This document shows, piece by piece, positions 19,018 through 28,587 of a stretch of 50,247 bases of DNA. Every line of letters starts with the position of its first letter. Positions within the stretch are counted from its first letter, which is position 1. The DNA is from Spirochaetia bacterium (GTDB taxonomy: Bacteria; Spirochaetota; Spirochaetia; PWKH01), in contig SKXS01000109.1 in assembly GCA_007128345.1 (NCBI GenBank), positions 1 to 50,247 of the forward strand. Direction: 5' to 3'. The position numbers and the translations under genes are program-made. The notes beneath the pieces are model-generated. The model ran no database searches. It was not told the DNA's origin and was given only the letters and a program-made list of their open reading frames with translations.

Positions 19018-20763
19018 ATGAAAACCATCAACGGAATTCCCGGATCTCCAGGCATAGCGATAGGAAAGGTATTTCTCTACACGAATCATCATCTGAAGGC
19101 ACCGGAATACCCTATTGCGGATGATGAGATCCATCAGGAAATTGAACGGTTTGAAGAGGCATTAGTCAAGTCCAAAGATGATCTGCTCAAGCTGAAGCGG
19201 CAGGCAGAGAGCCGGGAGATAAAAAAAGACTTGGAAATCATTGAGACTCATCTCATGATGCTCGATGACCCGATATTCATCGGGAAAATGAAGCAGAGCC
19301 TCTCCACTGAACTGCTCAATGCTGAACGGGTGCTGGAACTTACCGTTGAGGACATGGTCAAGTCGCTCCAGGAGAGCAGTGATGAGTACCTCAAGGAACG
19401 GGTCATGGACCTCTATGATGTCGAAAGCCGGGTGATGCATCACCTGCTTTACCTTGAGCGTCCGCCGCTCCATGACATTCAGCACAAGGTGATCCTGGTT
19501 GCCAACCGGCTGCTGCCCTCTGAAGTGCTCTCGCTCAACAAAACCTACATCAAGGGGTTTGCTCTGGATGTGGGGGGAAGGACTTCCCATACGGCAATCC
19601 TCGCTCGTTCATTTGAAATACCTGCAGTACTTGGACTTTCGAGTCTTACCAAGATGGTGGATGACGGGGATACGATTATCCTTGACGGCAATCAGGGAAA
19701 GGTCATAATCCGTCCTGACCATGAGACGATCAAGGAGTACCACAAAAACCTCGCAAAATGGGAAAGCCATGAAAAGGAGCTCTTTGAGATATATCAACTG
19801 CCTTCTGAGACGGTTGACGGCAGAAGAATAGCCCTCCGGGCAAACCTGGAGATACCCGAGGAGGTGGAGTCAGCTTTGCAGCACGGAGCTGAAGGGGTAG
19901 GCCTGTATCGGTCCGAGTTTCTCTTCATACAGCCGGGGGATATTGCATCGGAAGAGGAGCAGTACAAAGCATACGCCCGGGTACTCGAAGGTATGGGCAG
20001 TGAGCATCCTGTCACAATCCGTACTATAGACGTCGGCGGCGACAAGGTGTTTCCCGGGATGGAGGATTTTGACGAGGAGAATCCAATCCTTGGATGGCGT
20101 GCGGTGCGCTTCTGCCTGTCCAGGAAGGATATTTTCCGTGTACAGCTCAAGGCAATGCTGCGCGCGTCGGTCCATGGAAAGCTTCGGATCATGTTCCCCA
20201 TGATCAGCGGGGTTGAGGAGCTCGATGATGTCCTTGCTGTCCTGCATGAGGTGACGGAGGAATGCCGGGATGAGGGCATTCCCTTCGATGAAACCATAGC
20301 AATAGGTTCCATGATCGAGGTGCCTGCATCCGCCTTGATATCCGACATCATTGCTAAGAAGGTGGACTTCCTGTCCATCGGCACCAATGACCTGATTCAA
20401 TATACCATCGCAGTTGACCGCGGAAATGAGAAAATAGCCTACCTGTATCAGCCTTTTCATCCAGGGGTGCTTCGTTTGATCAAGATGATCATTGATAACG
20501 GACATAAAGCAGGCATTCCCGTAGGCATGTGCGGTGAGATGGCAGGAGATCCCCTGGCTACAGTGCTGCTGCTGGGTATGGACCTTGACGAGTTCAGTAT
20601 GAGTCCCGCAAGTCTCCTAGAGATCAAGAGCATTATTCGATCGATTTCCTACAACGACGCACAGGAACTGGTGGACCAGGTGATGGAAATGGATTCGTAC
20701 CGCCAGATAAACACACACGTAAGGAAATGGATGAATGGACGCTTCAAGTTCTTCAAGTACTAA
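19018..20763 (+). CDS. ptsI: Phosphoenolpyruvate-protein phosphotransferase (PTS Enzyme I)
   Basis: ORF 18904-20763 trimmed to ATG 19018, because MKTINGIPGSPGIAIGKVFLY aligns with Enzyme I N-termini. The phospho-His region GGRTSHTAILARSFEIPAV and the motifs GLYRSEFLF and FLSIGTNDLIQY are present. Confidence 0.93.
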   Translation: MKTINGIPGSPGIAIGKVFLYTNHHLKAPEYPIADDEIHQEIERFEEALVKSKDDLLKLKRQAESREIKKDLEIIETHLMMLDDPIFIGKMKQSLSTELLNAERVLELTVEDMVKSLQESSDEYLKERVMDLYDVESRVMHHLLYLERPPLHDIQHKVILVANRLLPSEVLSLNKTYIKGFALDVGGRTSHTAILARSFEIPAVLGLSSLTKMVDDGDTIILDGNQGKVIIRPDHETIKEYHKNLAKWESHEKELFEIYQLPSETVDGRRIALRANLEIPEEVESALQHGAEGVGLYRSEFLFIQPGDIASEEEQYKAYARVLEGMGSEHPVTIRTIDVGGDKVFPGMEDFDEENPILGWRAVRFCLSRKDIFRVQLKAMLRASVHGKLRIMFPMISGVEELDDVLAVLHEVTEECRDEGIPFDETIAIGSMIEVPASALISDIIAKKVDFLSIGTNDLIQYTIAVDRGNEKIAYLYQPFHPGVLRLIKMIIDNGHKAGIPVGMCGEMAGDPLATVLLLGMDLDEFSMSPASLLEIKSIIRSISYNDAQELVDQVMEMDSYRQINTHVRKWMNGRFKFFKY

Positions 20764-22087
20764 CCGGTCTCTGCCCGTAGTAGCCATACTGGGAAGGCCG
20801 AATGTCGGCAAGTCAACGCTTTTCAATCGGCTTATCCGCAAAAGGCGTTCCATAACTGATCCCACTCCCGGGGTAACCCGCGATCTCATAGAGGAAACAG
20901 CGGTCATTGGGAGCAAGGTAGTGCGCCTTGTGGATTCCGGAGGGGTGACCCTCCGCAGCGAAGGCTTCGATGACCTGGTGACAGGTAAAAGCTACGAAGC
21001 CCTGCGCAATGCTGATTTAATTCTCCTCATGTTCGAAGCAGGCGAAATCACCCCTGAGGATGAGGAACTTATTGAACGTTCACGTCCGTTTTCTGACAGG
21101 GTGAGAGTGGTGGTGAACAAAGTTGATCACGATACGCATGAAAACCTGCTCGGGGAATTCTATCGGTACGGGTATGACCGGGTATTCCCGATTTCTGCTG
21201 AACACGGGAGAGGTATTGGGGAACTGGTTCGTGAGATTGAACGCTCCGTCGGCGATGCAGGCAGCAAAGCGGTGCCCGAAGCGCCTTCAGCGTTCAATAT
21301 TGCTGTGATGGGAAAACCGAATACGGGCAAATCGACACTGGTCAACCAGCTTTTGGGGACGGAGGTCTCAATAACCAGCCACATTCCGGGAACAACGCGG
21401 GATGTGGTATCCGGGGTATTTTCCTGGAAAGGCAGCCAATACCGAATCCTAGATACTGCGGGTATCCGGCGCAAGAAGAATGTAGGAGAAAACGTAGAAT
21501 ACTACTCGGTAAACCGCGCTATCAAGGCAATTGATGAAGCGGATGTGGTCCTGCTGCTTATTGATGCTCAGCAGGGACTCTCGGATCAGGACAAGAAGAT
21601 TGCTTCTCTTGTGACCCGTAAAGGAAAAGGCATCATCCTGGTCTTCAATAAATGGGATCTTATGGAACAGGTGCCTAACCTGCTGCGGGCGGTGCGTGAC
21701 CGCCTCAAGTTTGTGTTCCCGATTCTCGCATTTGCTCCCATGCTTCCTGTATCTGCGAAAGATAAGACAGGTCTGGAGGCGCTCATGAAGCAGGTGTCAA
21801 CTGTCTGCACGCAGCTGAACAGACGCATCGGCACCGCTGAATTTAACGATGCCCTCAACAGGTGGATGACTGTCAATGAGCCTTCCCGTGACTCCCGAGG
21901 CAGGTTCAAGATCTTCTACGGAACACAGACCCAGGCAAACCCGGTTGAATTTGTGCTGTTTGTAAACAGGAAACAGCGATTCCCCAAAGAGTATATAGGG
22001 TACCTGACCAACTCGATCCGCAAAGATTTGGGGTTCACCTCCGTCCCCGTCAAGGTGGAACTGAGAGAACGTGCAAGGAAGGGGTAG
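20735..22087 (+). CDS. der: Ribosome-biogenesis GTPase Der (EngA), tandem GTPase domains
   Basis: Two P-loops (GRPNVGKSTLFN and GKPNTGKSTLVN), DSGG/DTAG and NKVD/NKWD motifs, and a KH-like C-terminus. It overlaps the ptsI 3' end by 29 nt. Confidence 0.95.
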   Translation: MDASSSSSTNRSLPVVAILGRPNVGKSTLFNRLIRKRRSITDPTPGVTRDLIEETAVIGSKVVRLVDSGGVTLRSEGFDDLVTGKSYEALRNADLILLMFEAGEITPEDEELIERSRPFSDRVRVVVNKVDHDTHENLLGEFYRYGYDRVFPISAEHGRGIGELVREIERSVGDAGSKAVPEAPSAFNIAVMGKPNTGKSTLVNQLLGTEVSITSHIPGTTRDVVSGVFSWKGSQYRILDTAGIRRKKNVGENVEYYSVNRAIKAIDEADVVLLLIDAQQGLSDQDKKIASLVTRKGKGIILVFNKWDLMEQVPNLLRAVRDRLKFVFPILAFAPMLPVSAKDKTGLEALMKQVSTVCTQLNRRIGTAEFNDALNRWMTVNEPSRDSRGRFKIFYGTQTQANPVEFVLFVNRKQRFPKEYIGYLTNSIRKDLGFTSVPVKVELRERARKG

Positions 22088-22089
22088 GG

Positions 22090-22830
22090 GTGAGCATACG
22101 AGCCGTTGCTTTTGACATCGACGGAACCCTCTATCCCGAATATAAGTTGTATCTCAGATCTATGCCGCTTGTGATGCGTTACCCGCGATTTATGCGCGCA
22201 TATGCACGTGCGAGGAGAGCGCTGCGTACTGATGTGTACACCGAACCGTTCCGCGAAGCTCAGGCAGCCAGGATGCTTGCTTCACTGAAAAAAAAGGTTA
22301 CCCGCGATTCCTGCAGCTCCGCCGCAGATCTTATTGAGCATCGTATATGCGCGCACTGGAAGAAGGTATTTACGGGCATCAGGCCGTTTGCAGGCACAAG
22401 TGAAGCGCTCAGAAAACTGCATGCCCAGGGGTATGTCATAGGCGCACTCTCTGATTTTCCTCTAGGCGCAAAGCTTGAGGTGCTCGGACTTGATGCGTAC
22501 TTCTCTGTGCGCTTCTCCGCTGAGGACACCGGCCACTTGAAGCCGTCTCCGGTGCCCTTTGCCAAACTGGCCGAACGGATGTCGTGCAGTCCCCATGAAG
22601 TGCTCTATGTGGGAAACAGCTTGGATAAGGACATCATAGGGGCCAGAAATTACGGGATGTATACAGCGCATTTCATAGCTCCCCTCCGGTGGAAAAGGAA
22701 GGGGGGACGGAGGACTGTCGTCCGTCTGCCCGATGAGGATGATCCAAGGTTGGCCCATATTGTGTTTTCTTCCTATCACGACCTGCCTGGTGCGGTGGAT
22801 CAGCTCCAGGAGCTCGTAGGCGCAATATGA
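22090..22830 (+). CDS. HAD-superfamily hydrolase
   Basis: GTG start. Motif I is AFDIDGTLY. Later motifs LSDF...K and YVGNSLDKDIIGA are present. The substrate is unknown. Confidence 0.8.
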   Translation: MSIRAVAFDIDGTLYPEYKLYLRSMPLVMRYPRFMRAYARARRALRTDVYTEPFREAQAARMLASLKKKVTRDSCSSAADLIEHRICAHWKKVFTGIRPFAGTSEALRKLHAQGYVIGALSDFPLGAKLEVLGLDAYFSVRFSAEDTGHLKPSPVPFAKLAERMSCSPHEVLYVGNSLDKDIIGARNYGMYTAHFIAPLRWKRKGGRRTVVRLPDEDDPRLAHIVFSSYHDLPGAVDQLQELVGAI

Positions 22831-22859
22831 TTGACAACGATGGATATCTGCAGGACAAT
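22831..22859 (+). promoter_or_regulatory. Putative promoter of the hypothetical gene (TTGACA-N17-GACAAT)
   Basis: TTGACA at 22831-22836, directly after the HAD stop, and GACAAT at 22854-22859. A GGGAG SD lies 7 nt before ATG 22889. Confidence 0.4.
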
Positions 22860-22888
22860 GACACAAACGTAACGGATGGGAGCCGCCT

Positions 22889-23941
22889 ATGGATTATTAT
22901 TCAATAATCGGACATATCATAGTTTTCCTGGTGGTAATGTTTTTCATGATTTCTTTTCGCCTGCTGGACAAGAAGGACCGTAAGATCGATAAGGCGCGCA
23001 GGTACATAGAGAAGCAATCTGCCTACCTACAGGAAACTATGGAGCAGCGCAAGCGGGAAGTGGAAAACCTCCATGAGTCCATCCAGTCGAAGGAGGCAAT
23101 CACCCGGGAGATGCTTAAACGGGTGGAGTCGCTGCTCCAGGAAATTGATGATCACAGTGATGACCTCCTTCAGCTCCAGACTCAGCTGACCCATTACCAT
23201 AAAATTCTTAAGGAACTATCCATGCTTACCGAAAAGGCTGAGCAGCGTACCAAGAAGATAAAAGATGATCTGGTGAACTTTGGTGAGACAGAGACCAGGA
23301 TGGAGGAGCTCCAGGAGATGATCCTTCAGGGTAGGAAGCAGCTGGAAACAGTCAGACAGGAGATTATCGACGAGTCCCAGGATGCCCTCATTCAGTTTAA
23401 GGAAGAGGTAGCGCAGGAACTGCTGAGACAGAAACATGAAGCAGAGAAAGAGCTGTCCCCTGTACTGCCCCTGCCTTCCCAGGAAGCACAGAAACCGGAG
23501 AAACCCCAGTTTAAGGAACCGAAGCCGTTTCCCTTCATTGATCCTGATATCGCAGTTCCGCCCGTGCAGGAGTCTTCGGAAGCTGAAGAAGTACACGAAG
23601 ATGAAGACGAGCCTGCTGAGGAACCTGCAGTAATTCAGCAGGAGAAGACAGATACGCCCCAGAATGCTAAGGAGCCTTACCAGGAAGAGCAGCTGTTTCC
23701 CGATGAAGAGGATGATGACTCCCTGTATGCATACGAGGATCTCTCAGAGGATGAATCATTCATTGACGAAGAACCTGAAGAGGAAGAGCCGCCGTTGGGA
23801 AAGGATTCGAAGAAGGATTTGGTCAAGCGATGCCGTGATCAGGGGATGAACCCCAGTGAGATAGCGGCTCATTTGGATATACCCAGGGGAGAGGTGGAAG
23901 TCCTTCTGGAGCTCATCCGGTTCACGGAAGATGACCAGTAG
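22889..23941 (+). CDS. Hypothetical membrane-anchored coiled-coil protein with an acidic disordered region and a short C-terminal HTH-like module
   Basis: 350-aa ORF. It has an N-terminal TM helix (IIGHIIVFLVVMFFMISF) and about 160 aa of heptad-like charged sequence. These are followed by a Pro/Glu/Asp-rich segment and the C-terminus KDLVKRCRDQGMNPSEIAAHLDIPRGEVEVLLELIRF. I do not recognise a family with confidence. Confidence 0.7.
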   Translation: MDYYSIIGHIIVFLVVMFFMISFRLLDKKDRKIDKARRYIEKQSAYLQETMEQRKREVENLHESIQSKEAITREMLKRVESLLQEIDDHSDDLLQLQTQLTHYHKILKELSMLTEKAEQRTKKIKDDLVNFGETETRMEELQEMILQGRKQLETVRQEIIDESQDALIQFKEEVAQELLRQKHEAEKELSPVLPLPSQEAQKPEKPQFKEPKPFPFIDPDIAVPPVQESSEAEEVHEDEDEPAEEPAVIQQEKTDTPQNAKEPYQEEQLFPDEEDDDSLYAYEDLSEDESFIDEEPEEEEPPLGKDSKKDLVKRCRDQGMNPSEIAAHLDIPRGEVEVLLELIRFTEDDQ

Positions 23942-23971
23942 CTAATACATAGCGTAACTTTGTGAAAATGC

Positions 23972-24001
23972 TTGACTCTCTTTCAGCCGTCTTAGTACCT
24001 T
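23972..24001 (+). promoter_or_regulatory. Putative promoter of grpE-dnaK-dnaJ (TTGACT-N18-TACCTT)
   Basis: TTGACT at 23972-23977 and TACCTT at 23996-24001. No CIRCE-like inverted repeat is seen in 23942-24089. Confidence 0.4.
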
Positions 24002-24089
24002 AGTAATGAGCGACACATATGGAAAACCTCACCAGGCTATGCCCAGGAGGAAAACCATTGAAGCATCATAAGAGGATATAGGCTGGATC

Positions 24090-24722
24090 ATGGCGGTAAA
24101 AAAGCAAAAACAGAAAAAATCAGAAGAACACAAGCCCAAGGAGAATCAGACCGTGCAGGATGAGCTGAAGGAAGAAACTGAAATCTCCGGAGAGAAAACA
24201 GATGAAGCTGTCATCTCTTGGGAGGACGAAAGGAGAGTCCTCACTGACAGATTGGCTGAACTTGAACAGGAAAATGCAGAATTGAGGGATTCATACCTCA
24301 GGAAGCAGGCTGATTTTGATAACTTCAGGAAGCGGATGTTCAGGGAGAAGGAAGAGTCCATACGGTACGCCAACAAGGAATTGCTGAGTGCCTTGATACC
24401 AGTTATCGATGACTTCGAACGGGCTCTGCAGTCAGCGGAGGTTTCCCGTGACTTTGAGAGCTTCTACCCGGGCGTCAAGCTCATTGAGAAGCAGTTTGTC
24501 GGGATGCTGGAGAAGCAGTGGGGGCTCAAGCGTATGGAATGCCTGAACCAGGAGTTTGATCCCCAGGAGCATGAGGCGGTCATGATGATTGAGAGCCCGG
24601 ATTATGACGTACAGACTGTAGTGGAAGATTTCCAGAAGGGATACTATTACCAGGATCGGGTGCTCAGACACGCAAAAGTGAAAGTAGCTGTACCAGCAAA
24701 GCAGGAAGAGACAGACCAGTGA
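24090..24722 (+). CDS. grpE: Nucleotide exchange factor GrpE
   Basis: 210 aa. A coiled-coil N-terminus is followed by YLRKQADFDNFRKRMFREKEE and GYYYQDRVLRHAKVKV. It lies immediately upstream of dnaK. Confidence 0.93.
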   Translation: MAVKKQKQKKSEEHKPKENQTVQDELKEETEISGEKTDEAVISWEDERRVLTDRLAELEQENAELRDSYLRKQADFDNFRKRMFREKEESIRYANKELLSALIPVIDDFERALQSAEVSRDFESFYPGVKLIEKQFVGMLEKQWGLKRMECLNQEFDPQEHEAVMMIESPDYDVQTVVEDFQKGYYYQDRVLRHAKVKVAVPAKQEETDQ

Positions 24723-24757
24723 TCTACATGGTTACCATGTAATGAAGGAGAAAATAG

Positions 24758-26683
24758 ATGGGACGTATAATTGGAATTGACCTTGGAACAACAAATTCGT
24801 GTGTTGCAGTTATGGAGGGAGGGGAACCCGTAGTCATACTCAATGCTGAAGGGCAGCGAACCACCCCGTCAATCGTGGGGTTCACATCCAAGGGTGAACG
24901 CCTTATGGGCCAGCCCGCAAAGAACCAGATGATAACCAACCCGGACAACACGATCTACTCGATCAAGCGGTTCATGGGGAGGCGTTACGGCGAGGTGCCA
25001 GGTGAAATCAGCATGGTGCCCTATGAGGTAAAGGACTCAGGAAACGGCGAGGTGAAGATTATCGCTCAGGGCAAGGAGTACTCACCTCAGGAGATTTCAG
25101 CGGCGATCCTCCAGAAGATGAAGCAGACCGCAGAGGATTATCTGGGTGAAAAGGTAACTGATGCCGTGATAACCGTGCCGGCATATTTCAATGATGCCCA
25201 GCGGCAGGCCACGAAGGATGCGGGAAAGATTTCAGGACTCAATGTGAAGCGTATTGTGAATGAGCCTACCGCAGCGTCACTTTCCTATGGGTTCGGCAAA
25301 AGCGGAAACAAGGATGAACGCATTGCAGTATACGATCTGGGCGGCGGCACCTTTGACATATCTATTCTTGAACTCGGCGACGGAGTCTTTGAGGTGAAGT
25401 CCACCAACGGTGATACCCACCTCGGCGGTGATAACTTTGACCAGAGGGTCATTGAGTGGATGATCAAATCATTCAAATCAGATACCGGCATTGACCTGGG
25501 ACAGGACCGCATGGCGCTCCAGCGTCTCAGGGAGGCTGCGGAGAAGGCAAAAATTGAGCTTTCCAGCAGCCAGTCCACCGACATCAACCTGCCGTTCATA
25601 ACCGCTGATGCATCTGGGCCGAAGCACCTGCAGTACTCCCTTTCCAGAGCTAAGTTTGAACAGATGGTTGAGGACCTGATTGAGAATACCAAGGGTCCGT
25701 GTGAGAAAGCACTGAAGGATGCAGGGGTGACCGCAGAGAATATTGACCAGGTCATACTTGTCGGAGGATCAACAAGAATTCCTGCCGTGCAGGCGCTGGT
25801 AAAGCGGATATTCAAGCGAGAGCCCAACAGAAGCGTAAATCCCGATGAAGTCGTAGCCATGGGAGCGGCAATCCAGGGAGGCATACTCGGCGGTGACGTA
25901 AATGATGTGCTCCTGCTTGACGTAACTCCGCTCTCATTGGGAATAGAAACTCTGGGAGGAGTGTTCACTAGGCTGATTGAGCGCAACACCACGATTCCTA
26001 CCCGAAAGAGCCAGATATTCTCAACCGCTGCAGATAACCAGACTGCGGTCTCCATACATGTGCTCCAGGGCGAGCGGCAGATGGCGGGACAGAACCGCAC
26101 CTTGGGGAAATTCGACCTGGTGGGCATACCGCCTGCGCCGAGGGGCGTACCGCAAATTGAAGTTACCTTTGACATTGACGCGAACGGGATCGTGCATGTC
26201 TCAGCCAAGGATTTGGGGACCGGCAAGGAGCAGAAGATCAGGATCGAGTCCTCTTCAGGGCTCTCAGAAGATGAGATCAACCGCATGGTGAATGATGCCG
26301 AGGCACATGCAGAAGAGGATAAGAAGGAGCGTGAGCGCATCGAAGTGCGCAACGAGGCAGATTCCCTTATCTATGCTACAGAGAAGTCGCTCAAGGATTA
26401 TGGCGATAAGGTCAGCGACAGCGACAAATCGGCTATTGAACAGGCATCAGCGGATCTCAAGGAGGCCCTCGAGCAGGGCGTCGTGGATGATATTCGCGCG
26501 AAAATGGAGACCCTCAAACAGGCGTCCTATAAGTTGGCTGAAGAGGTCTACAAGCAGCAAACCGCTGGCCAGCAGCAGGGAACGGACCAGGCAGGTCCCT
26601 CTCCGGATGCTGATCAGTCTGCTTCACAGGATGACGGTGTAGAAGATGCTGATTTTGAAGTTGTCGACGACGACGATAAATAA
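24758..26683 (+). CDS. dnaK: Molecular chaperone DnaK (Hsp70)
   Basis: [25 protein letters not shown] and [14 protein letters not shown] are present, with an acidic C-terminus. An AAGGAG SD is present. Confidence 0.98.
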   Translation: MGRIIGIDLGTTNSCVAVMEGGEPVVILNAEGQRTTPSIVGFTSKGERLMGQPAKNQMITNPDNTIYSIKRFMGRRYGEVPGEISMVPYEVKDSGNGEVKIIAQGKEYSPQEISAAILQKMKQTAEDYLGEKVTDAVITVPAYFNDAQRQATKDAGKISGLNVKRIVNEPTAASLSYGFGKSGNKDERIAVYDLGGGTFDISILELGDGVFEVKSTNGDTHLGGDNFDQRVIEWMIKSFKSDTGIDLGQDRMALQRLREAAEKAKIELSSSQSTDINLPFITADASGPKHLQYSLSRAKFEQMVEDLIENTKGPCEKALKDAGVTAENIDQVILVGGSTRIPAVQALVKRIFKREPNRSVNPDEVVAMGAAIQGGILGGDVNDVLLLDVTPLSLGIETLGGVFTRLIERNTTIPTRKSQIFSTAADNQTAVSIHVLQGERQMAGQNRTLGKFDLVGIPPAPRGVPQIEVTFDIDANGIVHVSAKDLGTGKEQKIRIESSSGLSEDEINRMVNDAEAHAEEDKKERERIEVRNEADSLIYATEKSLKDYGDKVSDSDKSAIEQASADLKEALEQGVVDDIRAKMETLKQASYKLAEEVYKQQTAGQQQGTDQAGPSPDADQSASQDDGVEDADFEVVDDDDK

Positions 26684-26708
26684 GAACGGGTAGAAGGGAT
26701 GTACTGCT

Positions 26709-27848
26709 TTGGCTAAACGAGACTATTATGAAGTGCTTGGAATCCCAAAGGATGCTGCGAAGGATGACATAAAGAAAGCTTACAGGAAGCTTGCCATCAA
26801 GTACCATCCCGACAGAAACCCGAACGACAGTGAAGCTGAGACGAAGTTCAAGGAGGCCACCGAGGCGTACGAGGTGCTCAGTGATGAGAAGAAGCGCCAG
26901 ACCTATGACCAGTACGGATTTGCAGGCGTAGAGGGAATGAGCGGCGGCGCCCATGACTACTCTTCGGTCTTCAGGGACTTCAGTGATATTTTCGGCAATG
27001 ATTTCGGCGGTTTCAGCAGCATCTTTGATTCCTTTTTCGGCGGAGGCGGAGGAGCACGAACAGGGGGAGGCTCTGCCCGGGGCTCATTCAGGGGATCGAG
27101 CCTCCAGTATAATGTGGAGATAGACTTTAAGGATGCGGTCTTCGGCACAAAGGTGGAGGTATCCTACGCTAGAAATATTTCCTGCGATGCCTGCCACGGC
27201 ACAGGGGCAGAAACAGGCAGCAGCAAACGGGCCTGCCAGACCTGCGGAGGCAGCGGTCAAGTACGCAGGAGTTCCGGGTTTTTTTCCATAGCATCCACCT
27301 GTCCGACCTGCAGCGGGGAGGGGTACGTAATTGAATCACCATGCGGTACCTGCAGGGGGAACGGACTGCTGAAAAAGCGGCAGAAGCTCAAAGTTACGAT
27401 TCCTGCAGGTATTGATTCTGGAAAACGCATATCCGTACCGGGTCAGGGAGACGCGGGGCCGGGGGGAGGAACTCCGGGGGACCTGCTGGTCTACGTAACG
27501 GTACGCGCGCATAAGTACTTTGAACGCAGCGGAAACGATCTTTACTGCATGATTCCAATTTCTGTGACTCAGGCAGCGCTGGGAACGGAGATTGCAGTGG
27601 AGACCATAGACGGAGACAAGGTGAAGGTCAAGGTTCCTCCGGGGGTGCAGAATGGGAAAATCCTCAGGATCAAGGGAAGAGGAGTGCCCTATCTGCACCA
27701 GCAGGACCGAAGGGGAGACATGTACATAAAACTGCATATCGAGGTGCCCAAGCGGCTCTCGGTGAAAGGCAAGGCGCTTATGAAGGAGCTTTCAGACGTG
27801 ATCGGCGAGGAATATACACCTACCCCGGTTCCGCTCTCAAAGATTTAA
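26709..27848 (+). CDS. dnaJ: Molecular chaperone DnaJ
   Basis: TTG start. The J domain reads [37 protein letters not shown]-rich region and four CxxCxGxG zinc motifs are present. Confidence 0.96.
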   Translation: MAKRDYYEVLGIPKDAAKDDIKKAYRKLAIKYHPDRNPNDSEAETKFKEATEAYEVLSDEKKRQTYDQYGFAGVEGMSGGAHDYSSVFRDFSDIFGNDFGGFSSIFDSFFGGGGGARTGGGSARGSFRGSSLQYNVEIDFKDAVFGTKVEVSYARNISCDACHGTGAETGSSKRACQTCGGSGQVRRSSGFFSIASTCPTCSGEGYVIESPCGTCRGNGLLKKRQKLKVTIPAGIDSGKRISVPGQGDAGPGGGTPGDLLVYVTVRAHKYFERSGNDLYCMIPISVTQAALGTEIAVETIDGDKVKVKVPPGVQNGKILRIKGRGVPYLHQQDRRGDMYIKLHIEVPKRLSVKGKALMKELSDVIGEEYTPTPVPLSKI

Positions 27849-27851
27849 TCT

Positions 27852-28586
27852 ATGCAGGCAGTTACCGGGTTTCATGCGATAGAACAATACCTGTCCAATT
27901 CTCCTGAAGGAACTGAGCTTCTGGTATCTTCCCGAAACCAGGGGGGAAGGATTGCCAAGCTCAAGGCAGCTGCAGGTGAGCACCGTATCCCCGTCAGGCA
28001 TGTATCCAATGATGAACTGGACCGCCTGGCACCAGGAAGGAAGCACCGTGGTGCGGTGCTTACCGTACCTGAACATCAGGCTTCCCGATCATTTCAGACA
28101 CTCAAGGATTTCTTTTCTTATCATACCCAGACAGAGGAACTGGTCATACTGTTCCTTGACGGCATCACCGATCCCCATAACCTTGGCGCGGTGCTCAGGA
28201 GTGCTGACCAGTTCCAGGTTGATCTTGTGGTGCTTCCCGACAGGCGAAGTATACACCTCAACGAAACGGTTATGCATGTCTCCTCAGGGGCCGCACGGCA
28301 TGTGCCGGTAATCGTAGTATCCAATCTCGTACAGGCTATTAGGGATACGAAGGAGCACAGTTTCTGGATATATGCTGCGGACATGGCGGGGGAGGCAGCC
28401 TCTCGGATATCCATGACCGGACGCATAGGCCTCATATTAGGGTCTGAAGGGAAAGGGGTGAGCCGTCTTGCCCTTGAGGAGAGCGACTTTCGGGTATCCA
28501 TTCCAACCCGTGGACACATCGATTCCCTGAATGTATCAGTGGCTGCAGGTATTCTTCTCTATGAGATCCGAAGAGCGGCTTGGTAG
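27852..28586 (+). CDS. rlmB: TrmH/SpoU-family RNA 2'-O-methyltransferase, RlmB-like (group 3)
   Basis: LDGITDPHNLGAVLRSA, ILGSEGKGVS and IPT.G.IDSLNVSVAAGILLYE are present. The assignment to RlmB specifically is tentative. Confidence 0.8.
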   Translation: MQAVTGFHAIEQYLSNSPEGTELLVSSRNQGGRIAKLKAAAGEHRIPVRHVSNDELDRLAPGRKHRGAVLTVPEHQASRSFQTLKDFFSYHTQTEELVILFLDGITDPHNLGAVLRSADQFQVDLVVLPDRRSIHLNETVMHVSSGAARHVPVIVVSNLVQAIRDTKEHSFWIYAADMAGEAASRISMTGRIGLILGSEGKGVSRLALEESDFRVSIPTRGHIDSLNVSVAAGILLYEIRRAAW

Positions 28587-28587
28587 A

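Noticed and set aside
23942-24089. Search for a CIRCE operator (TTAGCACTC-N9-GAGTGCTAA) or a sigma32-type promoter upstream of grpE.
   Set aside because: No inverted repeat resembling CIRCE is present, and no convincing CTTGAA...CCCCAT pair was found. Only the TTGACT/TACCTT sigma70-like pair is reported.
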